NCBI GenBank assembly: GCA_013360285.1
Contig: JABWCM010000011.1
Location: 2,422-66,421, forward strand
Length of the DNA: 64,000 nucleotides
Source: Myxococcales bacterium
GTDB lineage: Bacteria; Myxococcota_A; UBA9042; JABWCM01
Direction: 5' to 3'
This document shows positions 54,306-64,000 of this stretch, one piece after another. How positions within the stretch are numbered: the first letter of the stretch is position 1; each line of letters opens with the position of its first letter. A model generated the notes under the pieces. It was not told the DNA's origin. It saw nothing but the letters and a program-made list of their open reading frames with translations, and ran no database searches. The position numbers were made by a program, and so were the translations under genes.

Positions 54306-55721
54306 ATGAGGACTCCGCAGGATGTATTGGCGTTTGCCAAAGAACATGGCTGTCAGATGGTGGATTTAAAATTTCTTGATTTTGTTGGCATGTGGCAACA
54401 TTTAACCGTGCCGATCAGCGAGTTCGACGAAGGGCGATTTGAAGATGGATTCGGATTCGATGGGTCGTCCATTCGGGGATGGCAGCCGATTCATGCATCC
54501 GACATGTTGATGATTCCGGATCCAAGTACGGCGAAATTGGATCCGTTTCCGAAATATTCAACTCTGTCGCTGATTTGTGATGTATTCGACCCGATTACCA
54601 AAGAGCCCTATTCGCGTGATCCACGGCATATCGCCAAAAAAGCGGTTGCGTTTTTGAAGTCGACCGGAATCGGAGACCATGCTTATTTCGGCCCGGAAGC
54701 CGAGTTTTTTGTGTTTGATGATGTTCGGTTTGATCAAACCCGGCATTCGGCGTTTTACCATTTGGACTCCTCCGAAGGGCGGTGGAATACGGGTCGAGAT
54801 GAGAAACCCAATCTCGGATACAAACCTCGATACAAAGAAGGATATTTTCCGGTTTCTCCCACCGACAGTTTGGTGGATTTACGCACCGAAATGTGCCTGG
54901 AACTTCAGAAGTTGGGGATTCAGGTCGAAGCGCAGCATCACGAAGTCGCGACAGCCGGTCAATGCGAAATCGATATGCGGTTTAGTGATCTTGTGACGAT
55001 GGCCGACAATTTGATGTGGTTTAAGTATGTGATCAAAAACGTGGCACGTCGCAACAACAAAACGGTGACTTTTATGCCCAAGCCGTTGTTTGAAGAAAAC
55101 GGCAGCGGAATGCACTGTCATCAGAGCATTTGGAAAGGGGACAAAAACCTGTTCGCCGGCGACACGTATGCCGGGCTCAGCGACATGGCAATGCATTATA
55201 TCGGTGGGATTTTGAAACATGCACCGGCGATTTGTGCGCTCACCAATCCAACCACCAATTCTTACAAACGATTGGTTCCCGGTTACGAAGCGCCGGTCAA
55301 TCTGGCTTATTCGAGCCGGAACCGGTCGGCGGCGATACGGATTCCGGTTGCGGTGTATTCGGCGAAAGCCCGAAGAATCGAATTTCGAACGCCCGATCCC
55401 TCGTGTAATGGGTATATGGCGTTTGCGGCGATGTTGATGGCGGGACTCGACGGTATTGAAAACCGGATCGATCCCGGCAAACCGCTGGACAAAGATATTT
55501 ACGGGTTGTCGCCCGAAGAACTGAAAGATATTCCGAGTGTGCCGGGTTCGCTGGAGGGCGCATTGAACGCATTGCGTAACGACCACGAGTTTTTGCTGCG
55601 CGGCAACGTGTTTACCGAAGATGCAATTGAGATGTGGGTAAACTACAAAATCCAGTCGGAAGTACGCCCGGTGCAGATGCGGCCGGTTCCTTATGAATTT
55701 GCGTTGTATTACGATATCTAA
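54306..55721 (+). CDS. glnA: Glutamine synthetase type I
   Basis: FDGSSI, HHEVA, TFMPKP, NGSGMH and [12 protein letters not shown]. Confidence 0.98.
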   Translation: MRTPQDVLAFAKEHGCQMVDLKFLDFVGMWQHLTVPISEFDEGRFEDGFGFDGSSIRGWQPIHASDMLMIPDPSTAKLDPFPKYSTLSLICDVFDPITKEPYSRDPRHIAKKAVAFLKSTGIGDHAYFGPEAEFFVFDDVRFDQTRHSAFYHLDSSEGRWNTGRDEKPNLGYKPRYKEGYFPVSPTDSLVDLRTEMCLELQKLGIQVEAQHHEVATAGQCEIDMRFSDLVTMADNLMWFKYVIKNVARRNNKTVTFMPKPLFEENGSGMHCHQSIWKGDKNLFAGDTYAGLSDMAMHYIGGILKHAPAICALTNPTTNSYKRLVPGYEAPVNLAYSSRNRSAAIRIPVAVYSAKARRIEFRTPDPSCNGYMAFAAMLMAGLDGIENRIDPGKPLDKDIYGLSPEELKDIPSVPGSLEGALNALRNDHEFLLRGNVFTEDAIEMWVNYKIQSEVRPVQMRPVPYEFALYYDI

Positions 55722-56079
55722 CCGACCCCCAATCGACCCTTAAGTTACGAAATTCCTGCCGATCTGACTCGTCCAGCCCACGTCTCCACTTCTCTGCGGC
55801 AATCAATTCAATTTTCGGCCCTGTTGTGGTCCAAGGGGCGTCTTTGTTCGTTCGAAGCGATGGTTGACGTTTACCTGGTCAGTGGCCAATTGTTGGGCAG
55901 TTTAAAAAATGGTGATGGAGATTGGGCGACTTGCGGCCTTAGTCCACCGCTGTGGGTGTTTGTTGGCTCGGGCGAAGTGATTATCCCGTGAATCGGGCGA
56001 AGGGCGAAAGTGGGGCGGAAGAGATGGCATTGTCAATTATTACAACACATTAAGGCGACGTAGCGGCGAGGCAGAAAAC

Positions 56080-56096
56080 TTGGCACACAACCTGCA
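56080..56096 (+). promoter_or_regulatory. Sigma-54 (-24/-12) promoter
   Basis: TTGGCACACAACCTGCA: GG at 56082-83 and GC at 56094-95 with exact 10-nt spacing; predicted +1 near 56107. Confidence 0.75.
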
Positions 56097-56106
56097 ATAG
56101 TGTTTT

Positions 56107-57155
56107 TACGCGAGGCGCTGGATGAATAAACCAGCCAAGCAACCCAGGCCTAAAGTCACTAAACAGCTAATCCCTGTTCATTAGATCGGCCAAAAACATC
56201 AAGAGGGCCGGCAATCTCGAGAGAGATAAGCCAAACTCCCAGTACGACATACTCTGAATGACACACGTCACCTGATCACCGCAGCAGCAATGTTGTGGCT
56301 GAAGAAGTGTCGATAAAGTCAGTTGAATCCCATGTGAACCGTAAGGTCGTGTGTGTGTTCATCTCGAAAGAGGAGAGGATCGTCCACGAAGGTGGAACCA
56401 AGGCTGGAGTGAGAATTCCCTGAAGATGTGAACAACCAAGAAAGCATCGGGGTATTTGGGCGTCGCGGAAACGCGGCACAATACCAACGGACTTTCCCAC
56501 GGATGAAAGCCCTGAAGGCGCGGGTTCTCTGAAGCAATTCAGCGAACAAAAACGACAAGAGGGCAACACGCCAAAGATAATGCGGCGGTGCTGTGTGAAA
56601 GGGAAAAGCTTTGAAGGGTAGAATCCCACGAGTGCTTGTCGAGTGAAACAAATCGACAACCAATGAAAAGAGAAAACCGTCACGAAGGAGAGAAACCTTG
56701 AAGGCGGAAAGGCGGCGGGCTAGGTAAACCCGAAGCCGATTTCGTAAGTCTTCGGACTCAGCGAACTCGATAAATGGATTTTCATTGAGAATAGCGCTGT
56801 AGGGAAAAAAAACCTCATGAGAGGTGCTGTTCCAAAAACAGCAGGATCAAACGACCGGGAGTGTCGAAAGGCCCTCCGGTGGAATTTCACAATGGCCGTT
56901 GGTTTCCTTCGGACTTTGTCGAATCCAGTGTTCTCTGAAGTAGACGTAAGCTAGTGAGCGGATGACTCCTTGGAATACAGGGAAGACCTGCTTGTCGAAA
57001 TACCTCAAGGCCGGGTCACTGCAAAGTGATAATGGCGTAGAGGGAGTGTCAACCAATACTACACTACGACAAGCAGATAGAATACGCTGAGTAGCAACCT
57101 AACTGCATGAGAGGACAGGACAACACGGTGACGTGTACCGTCCAGCACGTTTGAT
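56107..57155 (+). ncRNA. Candidate ~1.05 kb highly structured non-coding RNA, family not recognised
   Basis: No credible CDS; upstream sigma-54 promoter; 5'/3' closing helix; at least 8 GNRA/UUCG hairpins; G-U pairs on the + strand; repeated TGAAG/CAYGAG module. Confidence 0.75.
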
Positions 57156-57192
57156 ACGTATCCCTCTGAAGAGGAATTTCGGGTTTGTTTGG

Positions 57193-58356
57193 TCATGTGT
57201 TCTTCAGCGTCTCGCTTTTTTTTTTGCCAAATTCCAAAACAAGTGGTGCCGGACCGATATCGCCAACCAACTGTTCATCGTTGTAGATAAGACATCTTTG
57301 TTCAGTGATTTCCCAGCGATTGCCTTCCAACAACGTTTTACCCACATCATAAAAAAACACCCAGTCGAAATAAGCCGAGTCCACATTGCGGTCGAGCGCA
57401 AACGGGGTCAAGAAATCCGTATACGTGTTCTCGGAACCAGGGGCACCGTTGACGAACAGCACCTGGCGCCTGTCATCCCAATAAAGCCGGGTCAACGACA
57501 AGATATTCAACAGTATTGTGCGTGAACTGGTGTGGGTTTGCGCCAACTTCGTATCGATTTGTTGCGCATAAACGAAAGATTCCGGGCAGTCGTAACGGCA
57601 CGGAAACCAGCCAATATAATGGAAAAATGTCAGAGATAGGTTGTTCAACAATGGTTCAAAGTGGTCACTAGCCCGGGTGCTTTGACCAATGATGGAGTGG
57701 TTGCGGTAAATTCGATCGAGCGAGACATAAGCCTGAACACAACAGGATGGATAACCCAGTAAGTTACCAAGTTTTGTCATCAGTTCCCGTTCCATGGTAG
57801 TATACGCATAGGCCAAAAGCTGTTGATCCAGTTCAACCGCTTGATGGAGTCGGTCGCGGTCCCAACCGATGTAGGTAAGCAATCGCTGATTTTCCGGAAC
57901 ACGGGAGTCGACGCGGAACACGTATGGGTCTTCGGGTTTGTGGTCGCCTTGATTCACCCTGTTTTCCCGGTGGGTACGGGCGTCGGAGTCACAAGTGTAT
58001 CCGTCAAGCCAATCTTCGCTGATCGTAAGAGGATAACTGGCTGTAAACAATCCGGTTGTTTCAATTTGTTTCCGTGTGGATTCCCATCTAGCGGCGGGTA
58101 CAATTTCGCGGATCAGCGGTTTTAAGCCGAGTTGCAGTGCGGTCCACTCGCCGTCGTTGGCCCCCAACCCAACGTCGTGCCGAGTATTGGCAAATTTGCG
58201 ATACAGTTTGTAGGTTGTTGGGTCGTTGAGATTCGTCATGGCAGCAAGCGTAGAGTTGTCTACGTGACCCCAATAGAGGTTTGCCGCAGCCTGGAGTTTG
58301 GAGGGTAAAAACTTCATCATGTCCTGTGTCTGGGATCGTAGCAGGACCTCCAGCAT
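57193..58356 (-). CDS. Hypothetical protein, DUF483-like
   Basis: LGNLLGYPSCCVQAY and WFPCRYDC Cys motifs. Confidence 0.6.
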   Translation of the reverse strand: MLEVLLRSQTQDMMKFLPSKLQAAANLYWGHVDNSTLAAMTNLNDPTTYKLYRKFANTRHDVGLGANDGEWTALQLGLKPLIREIVPAARWESTRKQIETTGLFTASYPLTISEDWLDGYTCDSDARTHRENRVNQGDHKPEDPYVFRVDSRVPENQRLLTYIGWDRDRLHQAVELDQQLLAYAYTTMERELMTKLGNLLGYPSCCVQAYVSLDRIYRNHSIIGQSTRASDHFEPLLNNLSLTFFHYIGWFPCRYDCPESFVYAQQIDTKLAQTHTSSRTILLNILSLTRLYWDDRRQVLFVNGAPGSENTYTDFLTPFALDRNVDSAYFDWVFFYDVGKTLLEGNRWEITEQRCLIYNDEQLVGDIGPAPLVLEFGKKKSETLKNT

Positions 58357-58413
58357 GTTTCCGACATGTTGTCATACTTTGGCGGGCCTCGTCGACTATG
58401 AGCGGAGGTTTTT

Positions 58414-59229
58414 GTGCCGGAATTACCCGAGGTAGAAATTTACCGACAGAATATGGTTGCCTGGTTGGGGGATGACGTGGTCTCTGGGGCGGTGATAGTC
58501 GACCCCACGTTGGTTGTGACCCACAATGTGGCGATAGTGGAACGGGACGTGGCCGGATTGCGGGCGGAGTCATTACGCCGAATCGGCAAATTTCTGATTT
58601 GGACAACCGGCGCGGGATCGGCTTTGGTGACTCACTTAAGGATGACGGGGAAATGGGTTCCGCAATCACCCGGAGATCCTACTCGGTTTGTTCGGGCCAA
58701 GTTAGTGGCCCATTCCGGAAAGGAGCTGGCGTTTGTCGATGCCCGACGATTGGGGCAATGGTGGTGGGGGCGGTATCACGACGTGTTCCACATGTGTGGG
58801 GTCGCGGAATTTGGACCCGATTTATTGGATGCCGACCTGACGGCCGAGCGGCTCCATGACAGGCTCCGCGGGTCACGTCGCAACATCAAACAGGTGCTGA
58901 TGGACCAAGGGGTGCTTGCCGGTGTGGGCAACATCATTGCGTCCGAAGGGTGTTTTCGGGCACGGGTCCATCCGGCGGCCATTGCCGGCGAATTGTCGCT
59001 GGACGTTGTTGCTGCACTTTTACGGGAAATTCGAGCCCATTGTGCCGAAGTTATTCGCGATAATGTAGGTGAGCCGGTCACTTACCAAGGGGAGCCGGGT
59101 GCGGTCAATTCCTTTCTGGTATATGGAAGGGACAATCAACCGTGTTCGTTTTGTCAACAATCGATTCGCCGCGTTGTGATGGGGGGAAGATCAACCTATT
59201 TTTGCCCCCAGTGCCAGTCGCTCACTTAA
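58414..59229 (+). CDS. mutM: Formamidopyrimidine-DNA glycosylase
   Basis: N-terminal PELPEVE, HLRMTG, AGVGNI and zinc finger C..C...RSTYFCPQCQ. Confidence 0.95.
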   Translation: MPELPEVEIYRQNMVAWLGDDVVSGAVIVDPTLVVTHNVAIVERDVAGLRAESLRRIGKFLIWTTGAGSALVTHLRMTGKWVPQSPGDPTRFVRAKLVAHSGKELAFVDARRLGQWWWGRYHDVFHMCGVAEFGPDLLDADLTAERLHDRLRGSRRNIKQVLMDQGVLAGVGNIIASEGCFRARVHPAAIAGELSLDVVAALLREIRAHCAEVIRDNVGEPVTYQGEPGAVNSFLVYGRDNQPCSFCQQSIRRVVMGGRSTYFCPQCQSLT

Positions 59230-59268
59230 CAAAAGCGCATGGCGGAATCGGTTGGTAAGTGAGGGGGG

Positions 59269-59853
59269 TCACTCCACACCGGTGAGCATTCGGCGGTAAT
59301 TCCACGCCGGAGACCAGCCGGCGTCCCGATCGATAATTCGGCCTTGGCGGTTGAGCACATAGGTGGTTGGAAACTGGCGGATTTGCATCTGACGCCCAAC
59401 CTGGTCGTCGCCAAGATAAACCGGATACCGTACCCCTTCCGCTTTCACAAACGCAGCAACTTCTTCGGGGCTGCCGTCGAGGGCGACTGCAACCAGCGCT
59501 GCATTTGCCGGCAAATCGTCATGGAGACTGTTAAGCTGCCGCACTTCCATTTTGCATACACCGCACCACGGCGCCCAAAAATGCAGCAATACGGCTTTTC
59601 CGCGAAAGTCGGCGATGGATTTTCCCACTCCGTCCGGTGTGCGTATCAGAAATGGTTCGACTAACGTTCCGTCGGTCGGAAGTAAATCCTTTGAATTCCA
59701 CCATTTTATCGCGACCAACCCGATGACCATCAATACCGCCAAAATAATGATTTCTCGTACAAAACGAAACAGCAAACCCAGCATTTTGTGGTGGCGTTTG
59801 GGCAAGGGTGCGGCCGGCTCCGGCACGTCGGGCAGTGTTTTTCTCTCGGTCAT
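59269..59853 (-). CDS. TlpA-like thiol-disulfide reductase
   Basis: N-terminal TM helix, FWAPWCGVC and FPTT. Confidence 0.88.
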   Translation of the reverse strand: MTERKTLPDVPEPAAPLPKRHHKMLGLLFRFVREIIILAVLMVIGLVAIKWWNSKDLLPTDGTLVEPFLIRTPDGVGKSIADFRGKAVLLHFWAPWCGVCKMEVRQLNSLHDDLPANAALVAVALDGSPEEVAAFVKAEGVRYPVYLGDDQVGRQMQIRQFPTTYVLNRQGRIIDRDAGWSPAWNYRRMLTGVE

Positions 59854-61283
59854 TGTGGTTGTTTTTTACCTGGTCGTTTGGGTGCCGACTCGATGGGTTC
59901 GAGTTTGACGGTGGACAACAATTGTTGTGTGATGCCAACGGGATCACCCAGGCGCTCGCCCCACAACCCTGCCACCAACGATTCTTGCACGGCGACGTGC
60001 AGCGGTGGTTTCGGAGTAGTTCGGAGCGCCGCCGCTGCTTCGTTGGCATCTTCGTGGGTGTCCCAGATGCTGACCCACGCCATCACGTAACGTTTCTCAG
60101 CCCCACATTCAAACAGCATCCATGTATCTCCGTCCCAACCGGCTGCAGCGATTGTTGCGACGTCTCGTGGACTTCCCTGCGCAAAGAGGGTCCCTTTCAG
60201 AAACTCTCCGGCAGTTTCTGTTATTTTAGCAGAACATTGATGTAAATTAAATTCAGTTGGAACGGTGAACCCAATGGATTGTGGATAATCGCGAGGTTCG
60301 GAAAACCAGCGTTCGGGATGCAAAATCGCCTCCGTTGACAGAGGTGGTTCGTGATACAGGGTGTCGAGAGTTTTTGGACCGTGGTGTTCCAGAGCGTACA
60401 TCACAAACTTTAACCCTGCGGCATAAGGAAACAACAACGATTCGGCAATTACCGGCGGGGCGTTGACGCTCTGCATTGCGGCTTGCATTTGTGTCGCCAA
60501 ATTTTCCAACAACCGTTTTCGCATCGAAACAGCGTCTTCGGTGTTGGCATCGATTCCGAGCATGTCATCGGCCATAACCAGTGTTGCGTCTCCCTCGATC
60601 AGTGCTTGGATGGCCGACTGGATGTCGGAAAGTCCTTCTTGCGGTTCCATAAACCGACCGAGGTCAAAATGTTGATCCTGAAGGGCATGAACAACCTCGT
60701 GAACCAGCGTCGGGCGCTGGAGAAAGGACGGCAGCCAGTCGGCAACAAACAACGTCTTTTTTTCCCAATCGTAATAACCGGCAACTTGATCACGCAGCAA
60801 AAGTTTCAACTCGTCGGCCATGTTGTAGTTGTCGGGCAAAACCCCCAGCAGTTGAAATGCAACGGCAGTCCACTTCAACAACCGTTGTGAATCGGTGGTA
60901 TCCAACCGCTCCGTCACATAGGTCAAAATCGCGTCTTTGGACGCGACCTTAATTCCAACCGGGCGCATTTCCGGAAGCTGACGTAGCCGAATCGCCTCGG
61001 CTTTGGCGGTGTGTGCCAGTTTGATCAACTCCGCATCGTCTATTTTGGGTGTGTCCGCAAAGGTTTCAGAATCGGGTTGGCAGGTAGTGCAGGCGGTTAT
61101 CATCAGTCCGGAGCAAAACAACGTAACCAGCGTCGTGAAACGCCCAAGTGGACCTAATCGCCCTTCGATTATGGACGGGTTTGCTGAAGTACAATCGTCG
61201 TCAACCATTGTGTTTGGTAGTAACATAAGAATCCCGTTATTCAGTTGGTATCGCAAAGTCATGAAAAGCACGCACCGACTCAT
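59850..61283 (-). CDS. Putative zinc-metallopeptidase-like lipoprotein
   Basis: AGYYD, LVHEVVHALQDQHF, ALIEGDAT, FPY..G and PP.STEAILHPE. True start is probably downstream of 61283. Confidence 0.7.
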   Translation of the reverse strand: MSRCVLFMTLRYQLNNGILMLLPNTMVDDDCTSANPSIIEGRLGPLGRFTTLVTLFCSGLMITACTTCQPDSETFADTPKIDDAELIKLAHTAKAEAIRLRQLPEMRPVGIKVASKDAILTYVTERLDTTDSQRLLKWTAVAFQLLGVLPDNYNMADELKLLLRDQVAGYYDWEKKTLFVADWLPSFLQRPTLVHEVVHALQDQHFDLGRFMEPQEGLSDIQSAIQALIEGDATLVMADDMLGIDANTEDAVSMRKRLLENLATQMQAAMQSVNAPPVIAESLLFPYAAGLKFVMYALEHHGPKTLDTLYHEPPLSTEAILHPERWFSEPRDYPQSIGFTVPTEFNLHQCSAKITETAGEFLKGTLFAQGSPRDVATIAAAGWDGDTWMLFECGAEKRYVMAWVSIWDTHEDANEAAAALRTTPKPPLHVAVQESLVAGLWGERLGDPVGITQQLLSTVKLEPIESAPKRPGKKQPQ

Positions 61284-61431
61284 CGGGTTTGGTGCGGTAT
61301 TCGTAACACTTCACACACACCACGGCCGGCAACATTGTTGCCATAACTGGCAGGGATACGGCAAATTTGAACGATGACGACGGGTAGATCTATAGGTAGT
61401 ATCGAAATCGTCTGGACGGCATCGTAAGACT

Positions 61432-63636
61432 GTGTTTGGTTTTTATCGCACTATTTTTCAAAAATTACCGGATATGATCTCATGGGTGGATTTTGTGACG
61501 ATTTCCCCTAGTCGATTCTCAAATTTATTTTTTTTGTGCTTCTTGTTTCAATTTTTGCTGCTTTATGGCAATCCAGTTGAGGCGCAAACCGGTCCGGATG
61601 CAGGTCACCATTCACCGTCTGATTTGAAACAATCCGAGACCAATGGGGTGGTGGACTCAGGGGCGCCGGCCGGGGCAGAAGCAGAACCGAACCCCGCGCC
61701 CGAGGTTGTGGATAAAGTCCATACGTCATCTTGGACCTCGTCGGCTCTGACTCAGAAAGGATATACCGCGCTGCAAAATAGTTGGCCTGCTGTGGCTGCC
61801 CTGCTTGCGGCCGAGGATTTTCGGACCGCGCAGATTCAACTGGAAAGTTTGTTGGCGGTTCAGCACGACCACGGGGTGCGGAATTTTGTGTCCGCAGCGC
61901 TGGCGATCCAACGTGCCGCCGTGAAAGCGGTGGAGGCGGGGGAAGTGGACACGGGTGTTGCCCTTGCGCAGAGTGCGCAGAAACACGCTCCGGATTTGCC
62001 TCATGTTTATCTTGGGATGGCGCGACTTTATGTTGATGCCGCTCAACTAGCGCCAGGCCCGATGACGGCGGAAGTGGCAGCCGGGATCGCCCGCCTTTGG
62101 ACCCATGTCCCTACCAGGATTCGCCTGCTCGGAAACCTGGCCATGGCGATCATGCTGCTTCTGATCGTGATGGCGTCGTTTTTTGTGGTGGTCATTGCCG
62201 TCCGATACACAGCGTTACTTGGGCACGACTTAAAAAACTTCGCGCCGCGAGGGGTAAGTGGTTCGCAGATGGCGCTGCTTTTTGTGGTTGTGACGTTGTT
62301 GCCGCTGGTATTTGGTTTTGGCGTCATCTACGTGTTGTTTTGTTGGTTGGTTATTTTCTGGCTGTACATGAACACCCGCGAAAAGGTGGTGACGGTGGTG
62401 GTGTTTCTGTCGTTTGCCGGAATGGAAAAAATCAACGATTACGCCGTCCGGCTGATGGGTTACGACCAATCCTGGTACGCGGCGGCATATGACTGCACCT
62501 ACGGCTTATGTGACCACGAACGGGTTTCCAAATTGTATTCGGTGGTCGAAGAAAAAGACAACCCTTTGGCATTGTTGACGCTTGGATCCTACCATCACCG
62601 GTTGTCGCAAGCGGATTCGGCTTCGGCAGCACTCGCAGAGGGCTTTTTAATACGCGCGTTGTCCTCTCGGGGCGACGACCCGTACGTATTGACCGCCGTC
62701 GGCAACTATCGGTTATCCGATGCAATGGCCACCTGCAAAACCAACGCGGAACTTGCGGATACCCGGATGAAGGAAGCCGACGACTATTACCAGCAGGCGT
62801 TGGACGTCGACCCGAATTTTCTTCCGGCATTGTACAATCGAAGTCACTTACTACGTCGCGCCGGCCAAATAGAAGATGCCGACACGGTGTATCGACGGGC
62901 TCAATCTGCCGACGACGGGCGGCTGTACTTTTTTGAGCGGCAGGTCGCCGGCACCGAAGGTACGTCGCGTTGTCCTGGTCTGTTCAATGTCAACCGCCAA
63001 CTTATGCCGCCGGGGATTGATGACGAAAAGGTATTCTGGGGTGCGTTGGCGACAGATAACCCACTTTCCCGATCCGTTTTGCTGATTCCATTTTCCGATT
63101 GGATGGTTGGGCTGTTGGGCCATTCGTCGCTGCCGATTTTTGCGCTCACTTTGATTGTGGTTCTGTTGGCGCTTTTGCCGTTTCGAGCGGTGCTTCGTGC
63201 CACTTGGTTTTGTCCGCAGTGCGGTAAGATAGCAAATACGCGGGAAAACCCGGAACTGGAAGATTTGGACGATTGCGATGAATGCCTGCTCATCCGCATC
63301 AAGGGGGCGTTTGTGGACCCCAAAGATTTGTGGTTCCGGCAACGGCGTATTGAAGCGGATAAGCAGGCCAGGCGCCGTAGGATGCGGTTATTGACCTTTT
63401 TGTTGCCGGGCGCCGGGCATTTGTACGGCGGCAGAACATTGCGCGGCGTAGCGTATAGTACGACATTCGTGTTTTTGATGATCCAACTGCTCACTCCGGC
63501 GGGTGTGATTCGCGACCCTCTGGAAATGACGGCCATGATTTCCTGGCCAAAAATGACCATGATGATCCTGTTTGCCGTCGTGCTTTATGTCGTAGCGCTG
63601 GCTGATATTTATGCGGCGCGTGATGCACGTCGGTGA
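61432..63636 (+). CDS. TPR-containing multi-pass membrane protein
   Basis: TPR-like helices (YYQQALDVDPNFLPALYN), several TM segments, CPQCG...CDEC and LLPGAGHLYGG. Start uncertain. Confidence 0.7.
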   Translation: MFGFYRTIFQKLPDMISWVDFVTISPSRFSNLFFLCFLFQFLLLYGNPVEAQTGPDAGHHSPSDLKQSETNGVVDSGAPAGAEAEPNPAPEVVDKVHTSSWTSSALTQKGYTALQNSWPAVAALLAAEDFRTAQIQLESLLAVQHDHGVRNFVSAALAIQRAAVKAVEAGEVDTGVALAQSAQKHAPDLPHVYLGMARLYVDAAQLAPGPMTAEVAAGIARLWTHVPTRIRLLGNLAMAIMLLLIVMASFFVVVIAVRYTALLGHDLKNFAPRGVSGSQMALLFVVVTLLPLVFGFGVIYVLFCWLVIFWLYMNTREKVVTVVVFLSFAGMEKINDYAVRLMGYDQSWYAAAYDCTYGLCDHERVSKLYSVVEEKDNPLALLTLGSYHHRLSQADSASAALAEGFLIRALSSRGDDPYVLTAVGNYRLSDAMATCKTNAELADTRMKEADDYYQQALDVDPNFLPALYNRSHLLRRAGQIEDADTVYRRAQSADDGRLYFFERQVAGTEGTSRCPGLFNVNRQLMPPGIDDEKVFWGALATDNPLSRSVLLIPFSDWMVGLLGHSSLPIFALTLIVVLLALLPFRAVLRATWFCPQCGKIANTRENPELEDLDDCDECLLIRIKGAFVDPKDLWFRQRRIEADKQARRRRMRLLTFLLPGAGHLYGGRTLRGVAYSTTFVFLMIQLLTPAGVIRDPLEMTAMISWPKMTMMILFAVVLYVVALADIYAARDARR

Positions 63637-63659
63637 CATTTGTTTTCGCGGAGAAACGT

Positions 63660-64000
63660 GTGGGCGAAAAATCGGACGAGTTACAGGCACTGGATTCACC
63701 TCGACAAAGTTGGAGTTTCGCCGAGGTGTTGCGTTTGATGTATGACAAGGAACGTACGGGTATTCTTGATGTGAGCGGTTTGAGTGGCCAGTGGGAAATC
63801 CATTTACGAGCAGGCCAGGTTGTCAACCTCGTTGTGCGCGAAGGACAAAACTGGAATCTGGGTAATCTGCTGATTGAAGGGGGGGCGCTGACGGACCCCG
63901 AGATGTTGAAGGCGAACAAACGCGCCAAGAAAAACAACGAATCGTTGGAAACAGCCATTTTGAGCCTGAATCTGGTGACAAAAGATGTGCTCCGGCGGTA
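63660..64000 (+). CDS. DUF4388 domain protein (partial, runs off the window)
   Basis: Manual translation: ...SFAEVLRLMYDKERTGILDV...IHLRAGQVV...LGNLLIEGG...; frame is open to the window end. Confidence 0.7.
   Translation, partial: MGEKSDELQALDSPRQSWSFAEVLRLMYDKERTGILDVSGLSGQWEIHLRAGQVVNLVVREGQNWNLGNLLIEGGALTDPEMLKANKRAKKNNESLETAILSLNLVTKDVLRR

Noticed and set aside
56276-57056. Short minus-strand ORFs (135, 114 and 69 aa) in the glnA downstream gap
   Set aside because: No recognisable motifs and atypical composition; the + strand RNA structure and promoter explain the region better.

Overview
A ~55% GC bacterial chromosome segment. Cys-rich lipoproteins, a MYXO-CTERM-like anchor and a DUF4388-like gene suggest Myxococcota or a related deltaproteobacterium (inference). 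Core genes: ppc, aceA/aceB with a divergent RamB/ScfR-type regulator, dnaG-rpoD, thiD, eno, comEC, glnB-glnA and mutM. Accessory loci: DUF3604-PpiC-HupE/UreJ module, CBS-SulP-YeeE/YedE sulfur cluster, DarTG toxin-antitoxin, a TIR/N-formylglutamate-amidohydrolase-like fusion, lipid oxidoreductases and large secreted Cys-rich proteins. Three signals stand out. (1) A ~1.05 kb stretch without a credible CDS after glnA (about 56107-57155) has a sigma-54 promoter, a 5'/3' closing helix, many GNRA/UUCG hairpins and a repeated internal module; it is a candidate large structured ncRNA that I cannot assign to a known family. (2) Seven copies of a ~162-bp palindromic element have fixed length, conserved ends and core but variable arms. 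(3) A TIR-amidohydrolase fusion lies next to darTG. All assignments come from reading motifs by eye; no searches were run.
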